Assembly: GCA_002389995.1 (NCBI GenBank)
Contig: DGRR01000219.1
Span: 19,103 to 83,102 of the forward strand
DNA from: Ruminococcus sp. UBA4383
GTDB taxonomy: Bacteria > Bacillota > Clostridia > Oscillospirales > Ruminococcaceae
Length of the DNA stretch: 64,000 nucleotides
Reading direction: 5' to 3'
Shown here: positions 39,837 to 50,595 of the stretch, in pieces
How positions within the stretch are numbered: position 1 is the first letter of the stretch
Layout: each line of letters opens with the position of its first letter
The notes under the pieces: generated by a model
What the model was told of the DNA's origin: nothing
Databases searched by the model: none
What the model saw: the letters and a program-made list of their open reading frames with translations, nothing else
Position numbers and translations under genes: made by a program

Positions 39837-42281
39837 TTATACTCCCACATCGCCATTAATATCAGCGTAAAGAGAAATTTTATGCATCTCTTTAAGTTTT
39901 GCGCCCTGTGTGAGAATATCGCATATAAACCCTCTTATTTCGGGGGTATTCTTGCATTTCACAATTATCCTGTAACGGAATTTTCCGTTTATTTTTATAT
40001 ACGAACATTTTACAGGTCCTAAAACTCTGACAGGTGTTTTAGGCTGTAACTGTTTTAATTTTGTATTCATCAGAGACAATACTGCATATGCGCCTTTTTC
40101 AACGGCACTGTCATCAGTTCCTGAAAAGCACAGTATGCACATATCGCAGACAGGCGGAAATATAAGTTCACGCCTTATAGTTATTTCCTCGTTGTAAAAG
40201 CCTTCATAGTCCTGCTGTGCGGCAAGTTCCATAACATAATGGTCAGGGATAAAGGTCTGCAATACAGCCCTGCCTTTTCTGTCGCCTCTGCCGCTTCTGC
40301 CGACAACCTGCGTTATGAGGGAAAAAGTCCTCTCATAGCTTCGGAAATCTCCTGCATACAGTGACCTGTCAACAGAAAGCACTCCCACAAGCGTTACATT
40401 CGGGAAATCAAGACCCTTGCCTATCATCTGAGTACCTATCATTATATCATATTCACCGTTTCTGAAAGCGTTGAATCCTTTTTCATAGGAATATCTTGAA
40501 AATGTGGTATCAGCGTCCATACGCAGAATTTTCGCCTGCGGAAAATACATATTCAGTTCTTCCTCAAGTTTCTGCGTACCGAATCCCATACTTTTCAATT
40601 TTTTTGAACCGCATACGGGGCATTTCTGCACCTTATCGCCTGAATATCCGCAGTAATGGCACATAAGCCTGTTATTCTTCTTGTGGTATGTCAATGGTAC
40701 TGAACAGTTCGGGCAGTATACAGGCTGATAACATTCGCAGCAGCTTATTATTGTATGGTATCCCCGTCTGTTAAGGAGAAGAATAGTCTGTTCGCCGTTT
40801 CGGAGGTTTTCCTGAATTTCATCGACAAGAAAACGGCTGAACTCCGTAGGATTACCCTCCTCACGTTCGATATTCATATCAATGACAGCAACTTCGGGGA
40901 GGGGATTATTGCCATAGCGGTTTTTCATTTCTATAAGGTTATAGATTTTCTTTTCAGCGAGGTAATAGCTTTCTATTGACGGGGTGGCAGATGCGAGGAC
41001 AAGCACGCATTTATGTTTTTTACATCTCTGCTTTGCTATATCGCAGGTAATATATCTTGGGGAACGTTCTGATTTATAGGAGCGTTCGCCCTCCTCGTCA
41101 ATAATAATTATTCCTATATTTGAAAGCGGTGCAAAAATCGAACTTCTTGTTCCGATAACTATATCGGCAATGCCGTTCTTTATGCGTTTGTATTCATCGA
41201 GACGCTGACCGAGTGAAAGCCCGCTGTGAATCACTGCGACCTTATCACCGAAAAGAAGCCTGAAACGGTTCAAAACCTGCGGAGTGAGTCCTATTTCGGG
41301 AATCAGCAGCATAGCTTTTCTGCCGAGTTTTATGGTATCTGCGATTAATTTTTCAAATACGGAAGTTTTTCCGCTGCCTGTTACACCGTGAAGGAGAAAA
41401 ACTGACGGGGTTTTACTTTCAACATTTGAAAATATTCTGTCATATGCATTCTGCTGTTCATCTGACAGAATTATATCATCTGGGCTGATTCTTTCACCAT
41501 TGTCATTTCCGACAGTTCGGAATACTTCCACTTCATATTCAACAGCCGCACCTTTTTCAGAAAGTCTTTTGACGACTGCATCTGTAACACCGCACATATA
41601 TGCCGCCTCACTGACGGAAACAGCATCATTTTCAGCAAGAAAGTCCGCAACGGATTTTTGTTTCGGTGTAAGGCTGAAATTTTCGGGTGAAGACAAATAT
41701 TCATCGGAAAGCCTTATCATTTTCACAGTTGCATCTGAGACAGCCTGACGGAAAATATTATCAGATTTCAGTGCGCCTGCGTCACAAAGTTCATCAATAA
41801 ATTTCCTGCCGTTCTCTGATATAAAATCCTCTGCTTTATCGTTTAATTCCTTGTCATCAGCCGACTTTAATTTTTCAAGGAGTGCAGATGCATCTGCTGA
41901 CAGCACGGAATTATTTCTGAATTTTTTTACAAGAGTGAAATTTTCCTTTACTTTCACGCTCATAGCGGGTGGGAGCATGATTTTTACCGCATCAAAATAT
42001 GTGCAGAATGTATGCTCTCTCAGATATAATGCGAGTTCAAGAAGTTCATCAGATATTACAGGTTCTCTGTCGATAAGGTCATTTATTGGTTTAAGCGGAT
42101 TGCCGCTGCCCTCTGATATGCCCATAACAACGCCTATACGCCTTGTATTTCCCCTGCCGAACGGCACAAGCACACGGCAGCCGCATTTCACGGGCATATT
42201 TTCGGGTATCGAATAGCTGAACAGTTTATCAAAGGAATATGCTGTTCCGCTGACGGCAATCTGTGCGGTTAATTCATTCAA
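39837..42281 (-). CDS. priA: Primosomal helicase PriA
   Basis: GVTGSGKT, SATPS, NRRGY, four CxxC pairs, QVVGRSGR. Confidence 0.97.
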   Translation of the reverse strand: MNELTAQIAVSGTAYSFDKLFSYSIPENMPVKCGCRVLVPFGRGNTRRIGVVMGISEGSGNPLKPINDLIDREPVISDELLELALYLREHTFCTYFDAVKIMLPPAMSVKVKENFTLVKKFRNNSVLSADASALLEKLKSADDKELNDKAEDFISENGRKFIDELCDAGALKSDNIFRQAVSDATVKMIRLSDEYLSSPENFSLTPKQKSVADFLAENDAVSVSEAAYMCGVTDAVVKRLSEKGAAVEYEVEVFRTVGNDNGERISPDDIILSDEQQNAYDRIFSNVESKTPSVFLLHGVTGSGKTSVFEKLIADTIKLGRKAMLLIPEIGLTPQVLNRFRLLFGDKVAVIHSGLSLGQRLDEYKRIKNGIADIVIGTRSSIFAPLSNIGIIIIDEEGERSYKSERSPRYITCDIAKQRCKKHKCVLVLASATPSIESYYLAEKKIYNLIEMKNRYGNNPLPEVAVIDMNIEREEGNPTEFSRFLVDEIQENLRNGEQTILLLNRRGYHTIISCCECYQPVYCPNCSVPLTYHKKNNRLMCHYCGYSGDKVQKCPVCGSKKLKSMGFGTQKLEEELNMYFPQAKILRMDADTTFSRYSYEKGFNAFRNGEYDIMIGTQMIGKGLDFPNVTLVGVLSVDRSLYAGDFRSYERTFSLITQVVGRSGRGDRKGRAVLQTFIPDHYVMELAAQQDYEGFYNEEITIRRELIFPPVCDMCILCFSGTDDSAVEKGAYAVLSLMNTKLKQLQPKTPVRVLGPVKCSYIKINGKFRYRIIVKCKNTPEIRGFICDILTQGAKLKEMHKISLYADINGDVGV

Positions 42282-42471
42282 GAGTGTTTACTATCTTGTA
42301 TTTTCCGCTTGCGAGTTCTTCGACAGCGGTTTTGACGGGTTTTTCTTCAAGGGTTTCTCCCTTTTCGTAGAGTTCGTCTGCGATTTCCCTTGCTCTTTTA
42401 GCGACTGCTATTACAAGGGAATAACAACTTTCGTTTTTGGAAATTATCTGATTTACTGCTGGTCTGAGCAT
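42274..42471 (-). CDS. rpoZ: RNA polymerase omega subunit
   Basis: YSLVIAVAKRAR, KPVKTAVEE; follows gmk. Confidence 0.93.
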   Translation of the reverse strand: MLRPAVNQIISKNESCYSLVIAVAKRAREIADELYEKGETLEEKPVKTAVEELASGKYKIVNTLE

Positions 42472-42489
42472 AATAAAAACACCTCTTAA

Positions 42490-43095
42490 TTATTTTTTAT
42501 CAAGAATTTCACCGATAAGCTCGTGTGAATTTTCTGCTTTAAGTTTTTCTGCTGACATAACGAGGAAAAAATCCTTAACAGCATCTTCAAGGGCATCATT
42601 TATGATTATATAGTCATATTTTATTGATGCGGCTATTTCGCCTGCGGCTTTTTCTATACGCTGTTCAATTACATCATCTGATTCTGTACCTCTTTTGTGG
42701 AGTCTCCTGCGGAGTTCATTTATTGACGGCGGAGCTATGAATATCATGAGTGCATCGGGGCGTTTTGCCTTTACTTTCATAGCACCCTCAACTTCTATTT
42801 CGAGGATAACGTTTATACCCTTTTCGAGGTAGGGGTCAACCTCTGAGAGAAGTGTACCGTAATAATGGTCGCAGTAGCCTGCATATTCAAGAAATTCGCT
42901 CCTCTGGATTTTTTCTTCAAACTCATCATTTGAGATAAAGTAATAGGTTACGCCTTCTTTATCTTCGGGGCGGGGGCTTCTTGTGGTTGCGGATATTGAA
43001 CAGCGGTAATTTTTATCCTTTGTTATTTCCGCAAGCATAGTACCTTTTCCGCAGCCTGACGGAGCGGAAAACACGATTAATTTTCCTTTATTCAT
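42490..43095 (-). CDS. gmk: Guanylate kinase
   Basis: [22 protein letters not shown]. Confidence 0.96.
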   Translation of the reverse strand: MNKGKLIVFSAPSGCGKGTMLAEITKDKNYRCSISATTRSPRPEDKEGVTYYFISNDEFEEKIQRSEFLEYAGYCDHYYGTLLSEVDPYLEKGINVILEIEVEGAMKVKAKRPDALMIFIAPPSINELRRRLHKRGTESDDVIEQRIEKAAGEIAASIKYDYIIINDALEDAVKDFFLVMSAEKLKAENSHELIGEILDKK

Positions 43096-43339
43096 TATTT
43101 TCTGCACCTCCATTGATTCGTGCGGCGAGAGTTTCCGTTATCAGGGAGGACAGCACGACATGACCGCTGTCCATGATGATGACGGCTCTTGTTTTTCTTC
43201 CGTAAGTGGCATCTATGGCACGTCCGCTGTCCTTAGCCTCCTGAATGATTCTTTTTATGGGGGCTGAATCGGGACTTACTATTGTGACTATCCGTGAGAC
43301 AGCTACCATATTGCCATAGCCTATATTGATAAGTTTCAT
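43088..43339 (-). CDS. remA: RemA / DUF370 family regulator
   Basis: [28 protein letters not shown]. Confidence 0.92.
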   Translation of the reverse strand: MKLINIGYGNMVAVSRIVTIVSPDSAPIKRIIQEAKDSGRAIDATYGRKTRAVIIMDSGHVVLSSLITETLAARINGGAENNE

Positions 43340-43346
43340 AGTTCAC

Positions 43347-44243
43347 CTACTCAATATTCTGTATCTGCTCTCTTATTTTTTCGATTTCGGCTTTCATATC
43401 GACAACGATTTTTGTGATATTTATATCCTGAGCCTTTGAGCCTATTGTATTTACTTCACGGTTCATTTCCTGAACGATGAAATCGAGTTTTCTTCCGACA
43501 GCCTCATCATGTTCAAGCATTTCGCACATCTGGGAGATATGGCTTCTGAGGCGGACAGTTTCCTCATCGACGGCTATTTTTTCGGCAAATACAGCGGCTT
43601 CGGTAAGTATTCTCTGCTGGTCAATGCTTTTGCTTTCGAGGATTTCGGAGAGTTTCTGATAGAGTCTGTTTCTGTAATTTTCGACTGTTTTCGGGGAAAT
43701 CTCCTCAACTTTTGCGACCATAGAGAGTATAAGCTGTGATTTTGAGAGAACGTCCTCTTTAAGTTTTTCGCCTTCTTTTTCTCTCATGGAGACAAATTTT
43801 TCGAGTGCCTCGGAGGAGACCTGAGAAATATCGTTCCATACCTGTTCTTCGTTGTCGGGGGTTTTCTGGACATTGAAGATATCGGGGAGTTTTATAAGTT
43901 TTGAGAGAGTGAGGTCATCGCTGAGTCCGAACTCCTCGGATATACTGCGGAGGGCTTTTATATAGCCTTCTGCGGCGGCTTTATTTATAGCTATTGTGGT
44001 ATCCTTGTTTTCGATATTGTTTATTGTGACAGAAATCTCGACTTTTCCTCTTGTTATACCTGTTTTAAGCTGTGCTTTCAGTTTTTCGTCGATATAGCTG
44101 TATGCTCTTGGTATTCTTGAAGAATACTCATAATAGCGGTGATTCACGGAACGTATTTCGACAAGGATATCCCTGCCGTTTATAATTTTCTGCGCCCGTC
44201 CGTATCCTGTCATACTTTTAAGCACATAATCGCCTGCTTTCAT
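43347..44243 (-). CDS. yloC: YicC/YloC family endoribonuclease (start may be GTG 44225)
   Basis: SMTGYG, SVNHRY, EETVRL.SH, GRKLDF..QEMNREVNTIGSK, REQIQNIE. Confidence 0.93.
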   Translation of the reverse strand: MKAGDYVLKSMTGYGRAQKIINGRDILVEIRSVNHRYYEYSSRIPRAYSYIDEKLKAQLKTGITRGKVEISVTINNIENKDTTIAINKAAAEGYIKALRSISEEFGLSDDLTLSKLIKLPDIFNVQKTPDNEEQVWNDISQVSSEALEKFVSMREKEGEKLKEDVLSKSQLILSMVAKVEEISPKTVENYRNRLYQKLSEILESKSIDQQRILTEAAVFAEKIAVDEETVRLRSHISQMCEMLEHDEAVGRKLDFIVQEMNREVNTIGSKAQDINITKIVVDMKAEIEKIREQIQNIE

Positions 44244-44274
44244 TTAATTTTACGCATAAATATACTATTATATT

Positions 44275-44303
44275 ATTATAACACGCAAATCCAAAAAATG
44301 CAA
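44275..44303 (-). promoter_or_regulatory. Promoter of the yloC-thiN cluster
   Basis: TTGCAT-17 nt-TATAAT. Confidence 0.6.
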
Positions 44304-44314
44304 GCGTTTTGACT

Positions 44315-44350
44315 AAAAAAACGGTCTCCGAACCGAAGTTCGGAAACCGC
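44315..44350 (-). terminator. Terminator after cel48
   Basis: GCGGTTTCCGAAC-TTCG-GTTCGGAGACCGT-TTTTTT on the minus strand. Confidence 0.88.
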
Positions 44351-44368
44351 TGAATGAACATCATTAAA

Positions 44369-46846
44369 TTACTTTAACTGATCAGATGTAATCGGGAAAT
44401 CAGCCTGCTTGATAACGCCTGCATCAACGAGCTGAACACCTGCTGCGTCCTGACCTGTAATACCATTACCTCTGTCAACGCAGTCGCCTCTGTCTTTACC
44501 TTCATCGGTAAGACCATACTTGCCCTGATTAGCAAGGTGCTGGAGAATAGCAACAGTATCAGAGATAGTAACCTTATTGTCAACGTTAGCATCACCGAGG
44601 AGTATAGAAGGTGTAGGACCATCTTCAAAAGGAAGAACCTCAGGATAGAGAAGTGCCATAGTACCTGTTGTGATGAGAGCATCACCCATATGCCAGAATC
44701 TGTGGAGCTTGTAGTAGTAATCATCTGTTTTGCCTGTTGCATCGTAAACAGCCTTACAAGCCTGATACATTTCATCATCAGCATATTTCTGACGGATAGA
44801 GCTGAATGTATTCTTTGTGCTGCCGTCGAGAGGTGAACCGTCGGGCATAGTTCCCTTATAGTCAGCAGGAATATAAACTTCCTGCTCGAATACTCTCTTG
44901 AGTGAACCGTTGTGGTCTTCATAAGCGATACCGATATCGTCACGGGCTGTATTCCACTGAGCAGTCATGAGCTTGTTAGCGAGGAGGAGACCCTGACCTG
45001 CGAGGTCGGTAGGAGCTGTCTTGCCGTTACCAACGTCTGCGCTTACCTTGTTAGCAGCTGCATAGTAGATAAGAGTATTACAGAGTGAAGATACACAACC
45101 GATATCTCCCTGACCGTAACCTGTGATTTTGCAGGTAAGACCGCTGTTAGCATCGGGATTGTAAGTTGTATTTGCGTCCCAGCTTGCAGGCTGTCCTGAC
45201 CAGTCGAGGTTTGAAGGAATAGCATAAGCCATTGTTGTGCCGTCTTCTGTTGTATAATCGAACTTAGTATTTTCGATGAACCAGCCAACCCATCTTGAGA
45301 TGAGAGTTTCGAGAGCTTCTTCGAGTGAGAGACCGCCGAACTTCATGCCGCCTGTTGCATCGCCGTTTGTCTTTACATAGTAGTAAAGTTCTGCGAGACG
45401 CTGCATTGACCATACCTGGTTACCAATCCAGTGGTTTGAACCGGGGTCAGCATATACAGGGTGTTCAACGTAAATCATATCATAGAACTTAGCTTCGCTT
45501 GCGTCATACTTTTCATACTTACCGTTCTTGGAGTTTGTACAACCGCCTGCGAAAGGACCGTCAGCAGACTGAAGCCAGAGGTAAAATTCAATCTGTCTCT
45601 GGAGTGACTTCTCATAGTCTTTCTTAGCCTGTTCGCCTGTCTTCATGCCTGCGCTGATAGCTGAATCATAAGCAAGAGCATAAGCAGCGAGGGGGTTCTG
45701 ATAGAACTGATGTGAATGTGAGCAGCCGATCTGCCATGCCCAGTCATACTTGCCGCCGTAGAATGTCTCCAAAGCTCCGCCCCATGATGTATACCATGAC
45801 ATGAGGAAGTGCTGTGATTCAAGACCTGCGGACTGTGAATCAATGTTCTGGCAGCCGATAGCCTTATAATATTTATCAAACATATCGTTACGGCACTGGT
45901 CACCCATTTTACCTGCGAGGGCTGAAAGGTCACCTGTGTTGAGTCCGTAGTTGTTTGCAAAGTAGATAGCCTGAATTGCACGGTCTTCAGCGTCGGGAGC
46001 GTTTGTGAAAGCATACTGCTCGGGAACCTGATTAACACCGTTGAAGATAGCCTTGATACCGCTGTGTGTATCTCCGCCTGTCATACCGTATTTGAGTTCT
46101 TCAAGACAAGGCTGGGGAACTGTCTCGAAACAGGATTCCTCCTCACCTCTCTGGAATGTATTGATGAATGTGAACTTGCCGTTGCCACCGCCGAAGCCAT
46201 ACCAGTCATCAACGTCTGCGAGCCAGTGCATGAGGTAGTAACCCTTGTCGTCGCCGTAAGCACTCTTCATGTCGTTATAAAGCGGGTTATAAGCGTCAAC
46301 ACCGTTCTGCTTTGAAGGATAGAGTGAAGGATCCTTTTCCTCAGTAGCTGTATCAGCTTTAAGTCTGTCCTGTTTCCAGATGCTCTGGTAGTCAACGCTG
46401 TTTGCACCGTAAGCATTTACAGACCAGCCGGGAATCATAGCTTCGAGAGTTTTCCAACCCTTCTGGAGGTCGCCTGTGCTGCCTTCGATGATACCCTTAT
46501 CAGCGAGAACATCGTGCATAGCGGTAATCCATGCGATGTAAGACATAGCCTCGGAAGTTGTCTCGTGACCGTAGTCAGGAGCTTCAACACAGAGAGTCTC
46601 AACGCAGTGGTAAGGAATACCGAATGAATCTCCGCCGTTGTTAGCGGGTGCGAGATAACCGTTCTTCTGACCGTTAGTGATAACGTCATCATAGAGTGAA
46701 GCGAACATTTTTGCGTAGCTTTCGTTAGCACCATTTTCTGTTGCATATTCGTTGGCAGCAGAAGCAAAAGCGGGAACCATTGCTGATGCTGTCATTGCAG
46801 CAGAAAGAATACCTGCAACTAAAGCCTTGTTCTTTTTGCTTATCAT
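44369..46846 (-). CDS. Glycoside hydrolase family 48 cellulase with C-terminal dockerin
   Basis: GIPYHCVETLCVEAPDYGHETTSEA, HWLADVDDWYG, NTFQRGEEES, YADPGSN, HRFWH; dockerin GDANVDNKVTISD. Confidence 0.96.
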   Translation of the reverse strand: MISKKNKALVAGILSAAMTASAMVPAFASAANEYATENGANESYAKMFASLYDDVITNGQKNGYLAPANNGGDSFGIPYHCVETLCVEAPDYGHETTSEAMSYIAWITAMHDVLADKGIIEGSTGDLQKGWKTLEAMIPGWSVNAYGANSVDYQSIWKQDRLKADTATEEKDPSLYPSKQNGVDAYNPLYNDMKSAYGDDKGYYLMHWLADVDDWYGFGGGNGKFTFINTFQRGEEESCFETVPQPCLEELKYGMTGGDTHSGIKAIFNGVNQVPEQYAFTNAPDAEDRAIQAIYFANNYGLNTGDLSALAGKMGDQCRNDMFDKYYKAIGCQNIDSQSAGLESQHFLMSWYTSWGGALETFYGGKYDWAWQIGCSHSHQFYQNPLAAYALAYDSAISAGMKTGEQAKKDYEKSLQRQIEFYLWLQSADGPFAGGCTNSKNGKYEKYDASEAKFYDMIYVEHPVYADPGSNHWIGNQVWSMQRLAELYYYVKTNGDATGGMKFGGLSLEEALETLISRWVGWFIENTKFDYTTEDGTTMAYAIPSNLDWSGQPASWDANTTYNPDANSGLTCKITGYGQGDIGCVSSLCNTLIYYAAANKVSADVGNGKTAPTDLAGQGLLLANKLMTAQWNTARDDIGIAYEDHNGSLKRVFEQEVYIPADYKGTMPDGSPLDGSTKNTFSSIRQKYADDEMYQACKAVYDATGKTDDYYYKLHRFWHMGDALITTGTMALLYPEVLPFEDGPTPSILLGDANVDNKVTISDTVAILQHLANQGKYGLTDEGKDRGDCVDRGNGITGQDAAGVQLVDAGVIKQADFPITSDQLK

Positions 46847-46979
46847 AATTTTTTACCCCTCTCAGTAAAATTTTGATGAAATATTTCTAATCCCTTAAAA
46901 AAGGGAAACGTATACGAAAATACTTCAATGCATATCAGCACAGAACTGACACACAAATTTCAAACTATTTTCAAGAAAT

Positions 46980-47008
46980 ATTATAGTCCAATTTTTTATT
47001 TCTGTCAA
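46980..47008 (-). promoter_or_regulatory. Consensus sigma-A promoter of cel48
   Basis: TTGACA-17 nt-TATAAT. Confidence 0.82.
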
Positions 47009-47341
47009 CAGTTTATTGATTTTTAGTTTTTTGAACTAAAAACTTTGGTACAATGCACACATAAGAGATATTGTTTTTGTATATTTTGTCCATTCAAAAA
47101 GATATAGGAAATTACTATTTATTAACGTTAAATTAACGAATAAAAATATTTAATATTATACGGCAAAATTCATTACTTTCACAATATTCTTTCACAAATC
47201 CTACACAGCATTACAATACAATTAATAAATAAGGCGGACGTGAATTAACAATTTATACATATTTTGTTAATATTGCGTTCATATTATTATAGCATAATAA
47301 AAACGTCCAACTTATTAAATGTATTATGAAAGGAGAAACTC

Positions 47342-48355
47342 ATGGTTACTATTGAAAATCTTACAAAATATTACGGCAATAACCGTGCTGTCAACAATAT
47401 AAGCTTTACAATAAATGATAATGAGATTCTGGGTTTTCTCGGTCCGAACGGCGCAGGAAAATCCACCACTATGAACATGATTGCAGGATTTCTGCCTATG
47501 ACTTCGGGTACTGTCAATATCTGCGGAAGCGATATATCCAAAGAACCCGTAAAAGCTAAGAGAAATCTTGGCTACCTCCCCGAAATACCGCCCGTCTATC
47601 CAGATATGCGTGTCAGGGAATACCTCAGTTTCTGTGCAGGGCTTAAACGTGTCCCCGCAGGAAAAAAACGTGACGAAATAAACCGTGTCTGCGAACTTCT
47701 CAAAATTTCAGACGTAAAGGACAAACTTATAAAAAATCTCTCAAAAGGTTATAAACAGCGTGTGGGATTCGCTCAGGCTCTCCTCGGGAATCCGAAATTC
47801 CTGATTCTCGATGAACCTACTGTCGGTCTTGACCCCAATCAGCTCGCAGAAGTGCGGAAAATTATTATCGACCTCAAAAAAGAACATTCCGTCATTTTCA
47901 GTTCCCATATCCTCAGCGAGGTAAGTGCCGTGTGCGACAGGGTAGTCATTATCAACAAAGGTGTCATAAAGGCAATTGATACAATCGAAAACCTCGAAAA
48001 ATCCGTAAGCGGAAACGCTGTCCTCCATGTCAAGATAAAAGGCTCTAAAACTAAGGCTGCATCTTCTATTGAAATGACTGTCGGCGTTAAGGAAATTTCC
48101 GCAATTGATGCGGAAGGAAATGACTTCTTCGCTTTCACTGTCGTTACGGACGGTGATGCAGACATGGTTAAAAACAATATAATGGCTGAACTCATCAAAA
48201 ACGGTATACAGATAAGCGAAATATTCTCCGAAAAACCCGACCTCGAACAGGTTTTCGTAAAACTTATAAACGCTCCCGACAAGAAAAACAGCCTCGAAGA
48301 ACTTCTCAGCGAAATGCCCGATGAATCAGAAAAATCAGAGGAGGACAATGAATAA
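47342..48355 (+). CDS. ABC transporter ATPase (GldA-like)
   Basis: GPNGAGKST, LSKGYKQR, LDEPTVGLDP, SSH. Confidence 0.93.
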   Translation: MVTIENLTKYYGNNRAVNNISFTINDNEILGFLGPNGAGKSTTMNMIAGFLPMTSGTVNICGSDISKEPVKAKRNLGYLPEIPPVYPDMRVREYLSFCAGLKRVPAGKKRDEINRVCELLKISDVKDKLIKNLSKGYKQRVGFAQALLGNPKFLILDEPTVGLDPNQLAEVRKIIIDLKKEHSVIFSSHILSEVSAVCDRVVIINKGVIKAIDTIENLEKSVSGNAVLHVKIKGSKTKAASSIEMTVGVKEISAIDAEGNDFFAFTVVTDGDADMVKNNIMAELIKNGIQISEIFSEKPDLEQVFVKLINAPDKKNSLEELLSEMPDESEKSEEDNE

Positions 48356-49086
48356 TGTTTTCAGTATACAAAAAAGAACTCCAGTCGTTCTTCTTCACGC
48401 CCTTTGCATATGCACTGGCTGCACTTTTCATGTTTCTCTTTACTTATATGTTCAATACAAGCATAGGAAATATGGATTCAAGTTCATTCCGGTTTTCATT
48501 CACGGAAATATTCTACAATGTAATATTTTACTTCATATTCCTTGTCCCCATAATGACTATGAGAACTTTCTCAGATGAAAGAAAATTCGGCACGGAAGTA
48601 TTATTAATGTCATCGCCCCTGAATGTATGGCAGATAGTCCTCGGAAAATTCTTCGCAAATATCACAATGTTCCTCTTTATGATGGCAGGCTCGGCTATTT
48701 TCCCGATAGTAACCGCCATTAACGGTCAGGTTGTCGTCAGTCAGCTCATATGTGCCTACATAGGATTTTTCTTCTGGGGTGCTATGTATATCGCCATTGG
48801 TATGCTTGTTTCGTCATTCACCGAAAACTCCATAATTGCCGCCATAATAGGCGAAATAATAATGTTCGGATTCCTTTTTGTCGATGACTTTGCACAGACC
48901 GCTTTCATATCACAGTTCCCTAAACTTCAGTCTGCACTCAATGCTTTTGCGGCACAGCCGAGATTCAGCTATTTCTCACAGGGATTCATAAGAATTTCGG
49001 ATATTGTTTTCTTCTTGTCCGCTATTATAATATGTCTTGTATGGAATTATATCTCCATTGAAAAAAGACGCTGGAACAGGGGGTAA
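48355..49086 (+). CDS. ABC-2 permease (GldF-like)
   Basis: KKELQSFF, TMRTFSDERKFGT, IVLGKF; about 6 TM. Confidence 0.9.
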   Translation: MFSVYKKELQSFFFTPFAYALAALFMFLFTYMFNTSIGNMDSSSFRFSFTEIFYNVIFYFIFLVPIMTMRTFSDERKFGTEVLLMSSPLNVWQIVLGKFFANITMFLFMMAGSAIFPIVTAINGQVVVSQLICAYIGFFFWGAMYIAIGMLVSSFTENSIIAAIIGEIIMFGFLFVDDFAQTAFISQFPKLQSALNAFAAQPRFSYFSQGFIRISDIVFFLSAIIICLVWNYISIEKRRWNRG

Positions 49087-49092
49087 TTAAAA

Positions 49093-50595
49093 ATGAAGAA
49101 AAAATTCAATCTTTCGGGCGGTATCGCATTTCTTATCGCTCTGCTTGTGCTTGCGGTATTCGTTCCGATAAACCTTATAACAAGCTACTACGACAAAGTT
49201 ATAGATATGACTCCCTCAGGAAAATATACGCTCAATGAAAAGACCGCTCAGATTTTAGATGATGCCTCCGACAAGCATATTGATATATATTTTCTCTCGG
49301 AATTGAGATATGTTGAGGAAGTGCCGCAGTATCTCCCGCTCTACCATACTCTCACAGAACTCGATTCAAGAGACAATATAACTCTCACCTGTTTTGACCC
49401 CAACAAGGAAAAAGACCTTGCCGATTCACTCGACCCTGACGGAGTTTTCAGCATAAGTGACGGCGATATCTTCGTTGTATGTGACGGAATTACCAAAAAA
49501 ATCGGTTTCAAAAAGCTTTTCCAGCAGGATTCAAACGGTATCCTCGAATATGCAGGAGAAGAACTCGTTGCAGGTGCGGTTTATGCCTGCACTACGGGAA
49601 ATCTCCCGACTGTATATTTTCTTTCGGGCTACGGAAGCAAAACCCTCGAAAATGACTATTCAAACTTTGCATCTGCCATAAAAACCGATAACTATCGGAT
49701 TGACGAACTCGACCTCTCACAAGTCGATAAAGTCCCCGAAAATGCTTCAATACTCTACCTCACCGCCCCCGAAAAGGATATCCCCGACAGCGACAGGGAT
49801 AAACTTGTCGAATATATCGACAACGGCGGTGCAGTTTCAATGTACCTCCCTCCCTGCGATACAAAGGGAAGATTCAAAAATATTGAGTATATTCTCGAAA
49901 AATTTGAGATAACTATGAATTATAACTCAGTCTCCGAAACAAATGCACAGTATCAGCTCAGAAATGCAGAAAATACACAGGACGAAAATTACTTCCGTGT
50001 TTCGTACCCGAATCCGCTTGATGACAGCACTGTTGACCTCACAACAGACATAAATCAGGTCGTTTCAAACGGCATAGCAAACGCAGGAATATCACATACA
50101 AGGAGCTTTGAAGAAATTACTTCCGAAAGCTCCATGATTGAAAAGGCTTCTGTTATTGAAAACCTCCCCCAGTCCGCCGACAGTTCCGTATATACTTCAA
50201 AAAGTACCCCCATGGGCGGTGACTCCGATACTCAGAAAGAAGCTGAATATTTATCGGATTCTCCCCTCGTTTTCGGATATTATTCATATAACAAGCAGAG
50301 CGGTGCAAAACTTTTTGTTATAGGTACTGACGAGGCTATCAGCAATTCGGCATCAGATGTAAACAACCCCATAACATATAACCTTTCAGGTACAAGAAAC
50401 CTCGCCCTCTTCTCAAATACATGGCTCTATGACAGCGATGTTGACATGGGTATAGGCAACAAGTCAAATTCATATGATACTATGCACTTTGACAGTGCCG
50501 AAAAAGCTGAATCCGTACTCAGAATATTTACAGTTGCTCCGATAGTTATTGCTTTGATAGGCGTTGCAGTATGGCTCAAAAGGAGATATGCATAA
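49093..50595 (+). CDS. GldG-like ABC auxiliary component
   Basis: DMTPSGKYTL, VYFLSGYG, PEKDI, N- and C-terminal TM anchors. Confidence 0.85.
   Translation: MKKKFNLSGGIAFLIALLVLAVFVPINLITSYYDKVIDMTPSGKYTLNEKTAQILDDASDKHIDIYFLSELRYVEEVPQYLPLYHTLTELDSRDNITLTCFDPNKEKDLADSLDPDGVFSISDGDIFVVCDGITKKIGFKKLFQQDSNGILEYAGEELVAGAVYACTTGNLPTVYFLSGYGSKTLENDYSNFASAIKTDNYRIDELDLSQVDKVPENASILYLTAPEKDIPDSDRDKLVEYIDNGGAVSMYLPPCDTKGRFKNIEYILEKFEITMNYNSVSETNAQYQLRNAENTQDENYFRVSYPNPLDDSTVDLTTDINQVVSNGIANAGISHTRSFEEITSESSMIEKASVIENLPQSADSSVYTSKSTPMGGDSDTQKEAEYLSDSPLVFGYYSYNKQSGAKLFVIGTDEAISNSASDVNNPITYNLSGTRNLALFSNTWLYDSDVDMGIGNKSNSYDTMHFDSAEKAESVLRIFTVAPIVIALIGVAVWLKRRYA

Noticed and set aside
44329-44342. CGAAC-CGAA-GTTCG matches a firmicute SOS box upstream of yloC
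   Set aside because: It is the top of the cel48 terminator stem with a cUUCGg tetraloop, and lies upstream of the -35 element.
44374-46767. Many long alternative-frame ORFs within cel48 and other core genes
   Set aside because: Expected shadows of strong codon bias; no RBS or recognisable motifs.
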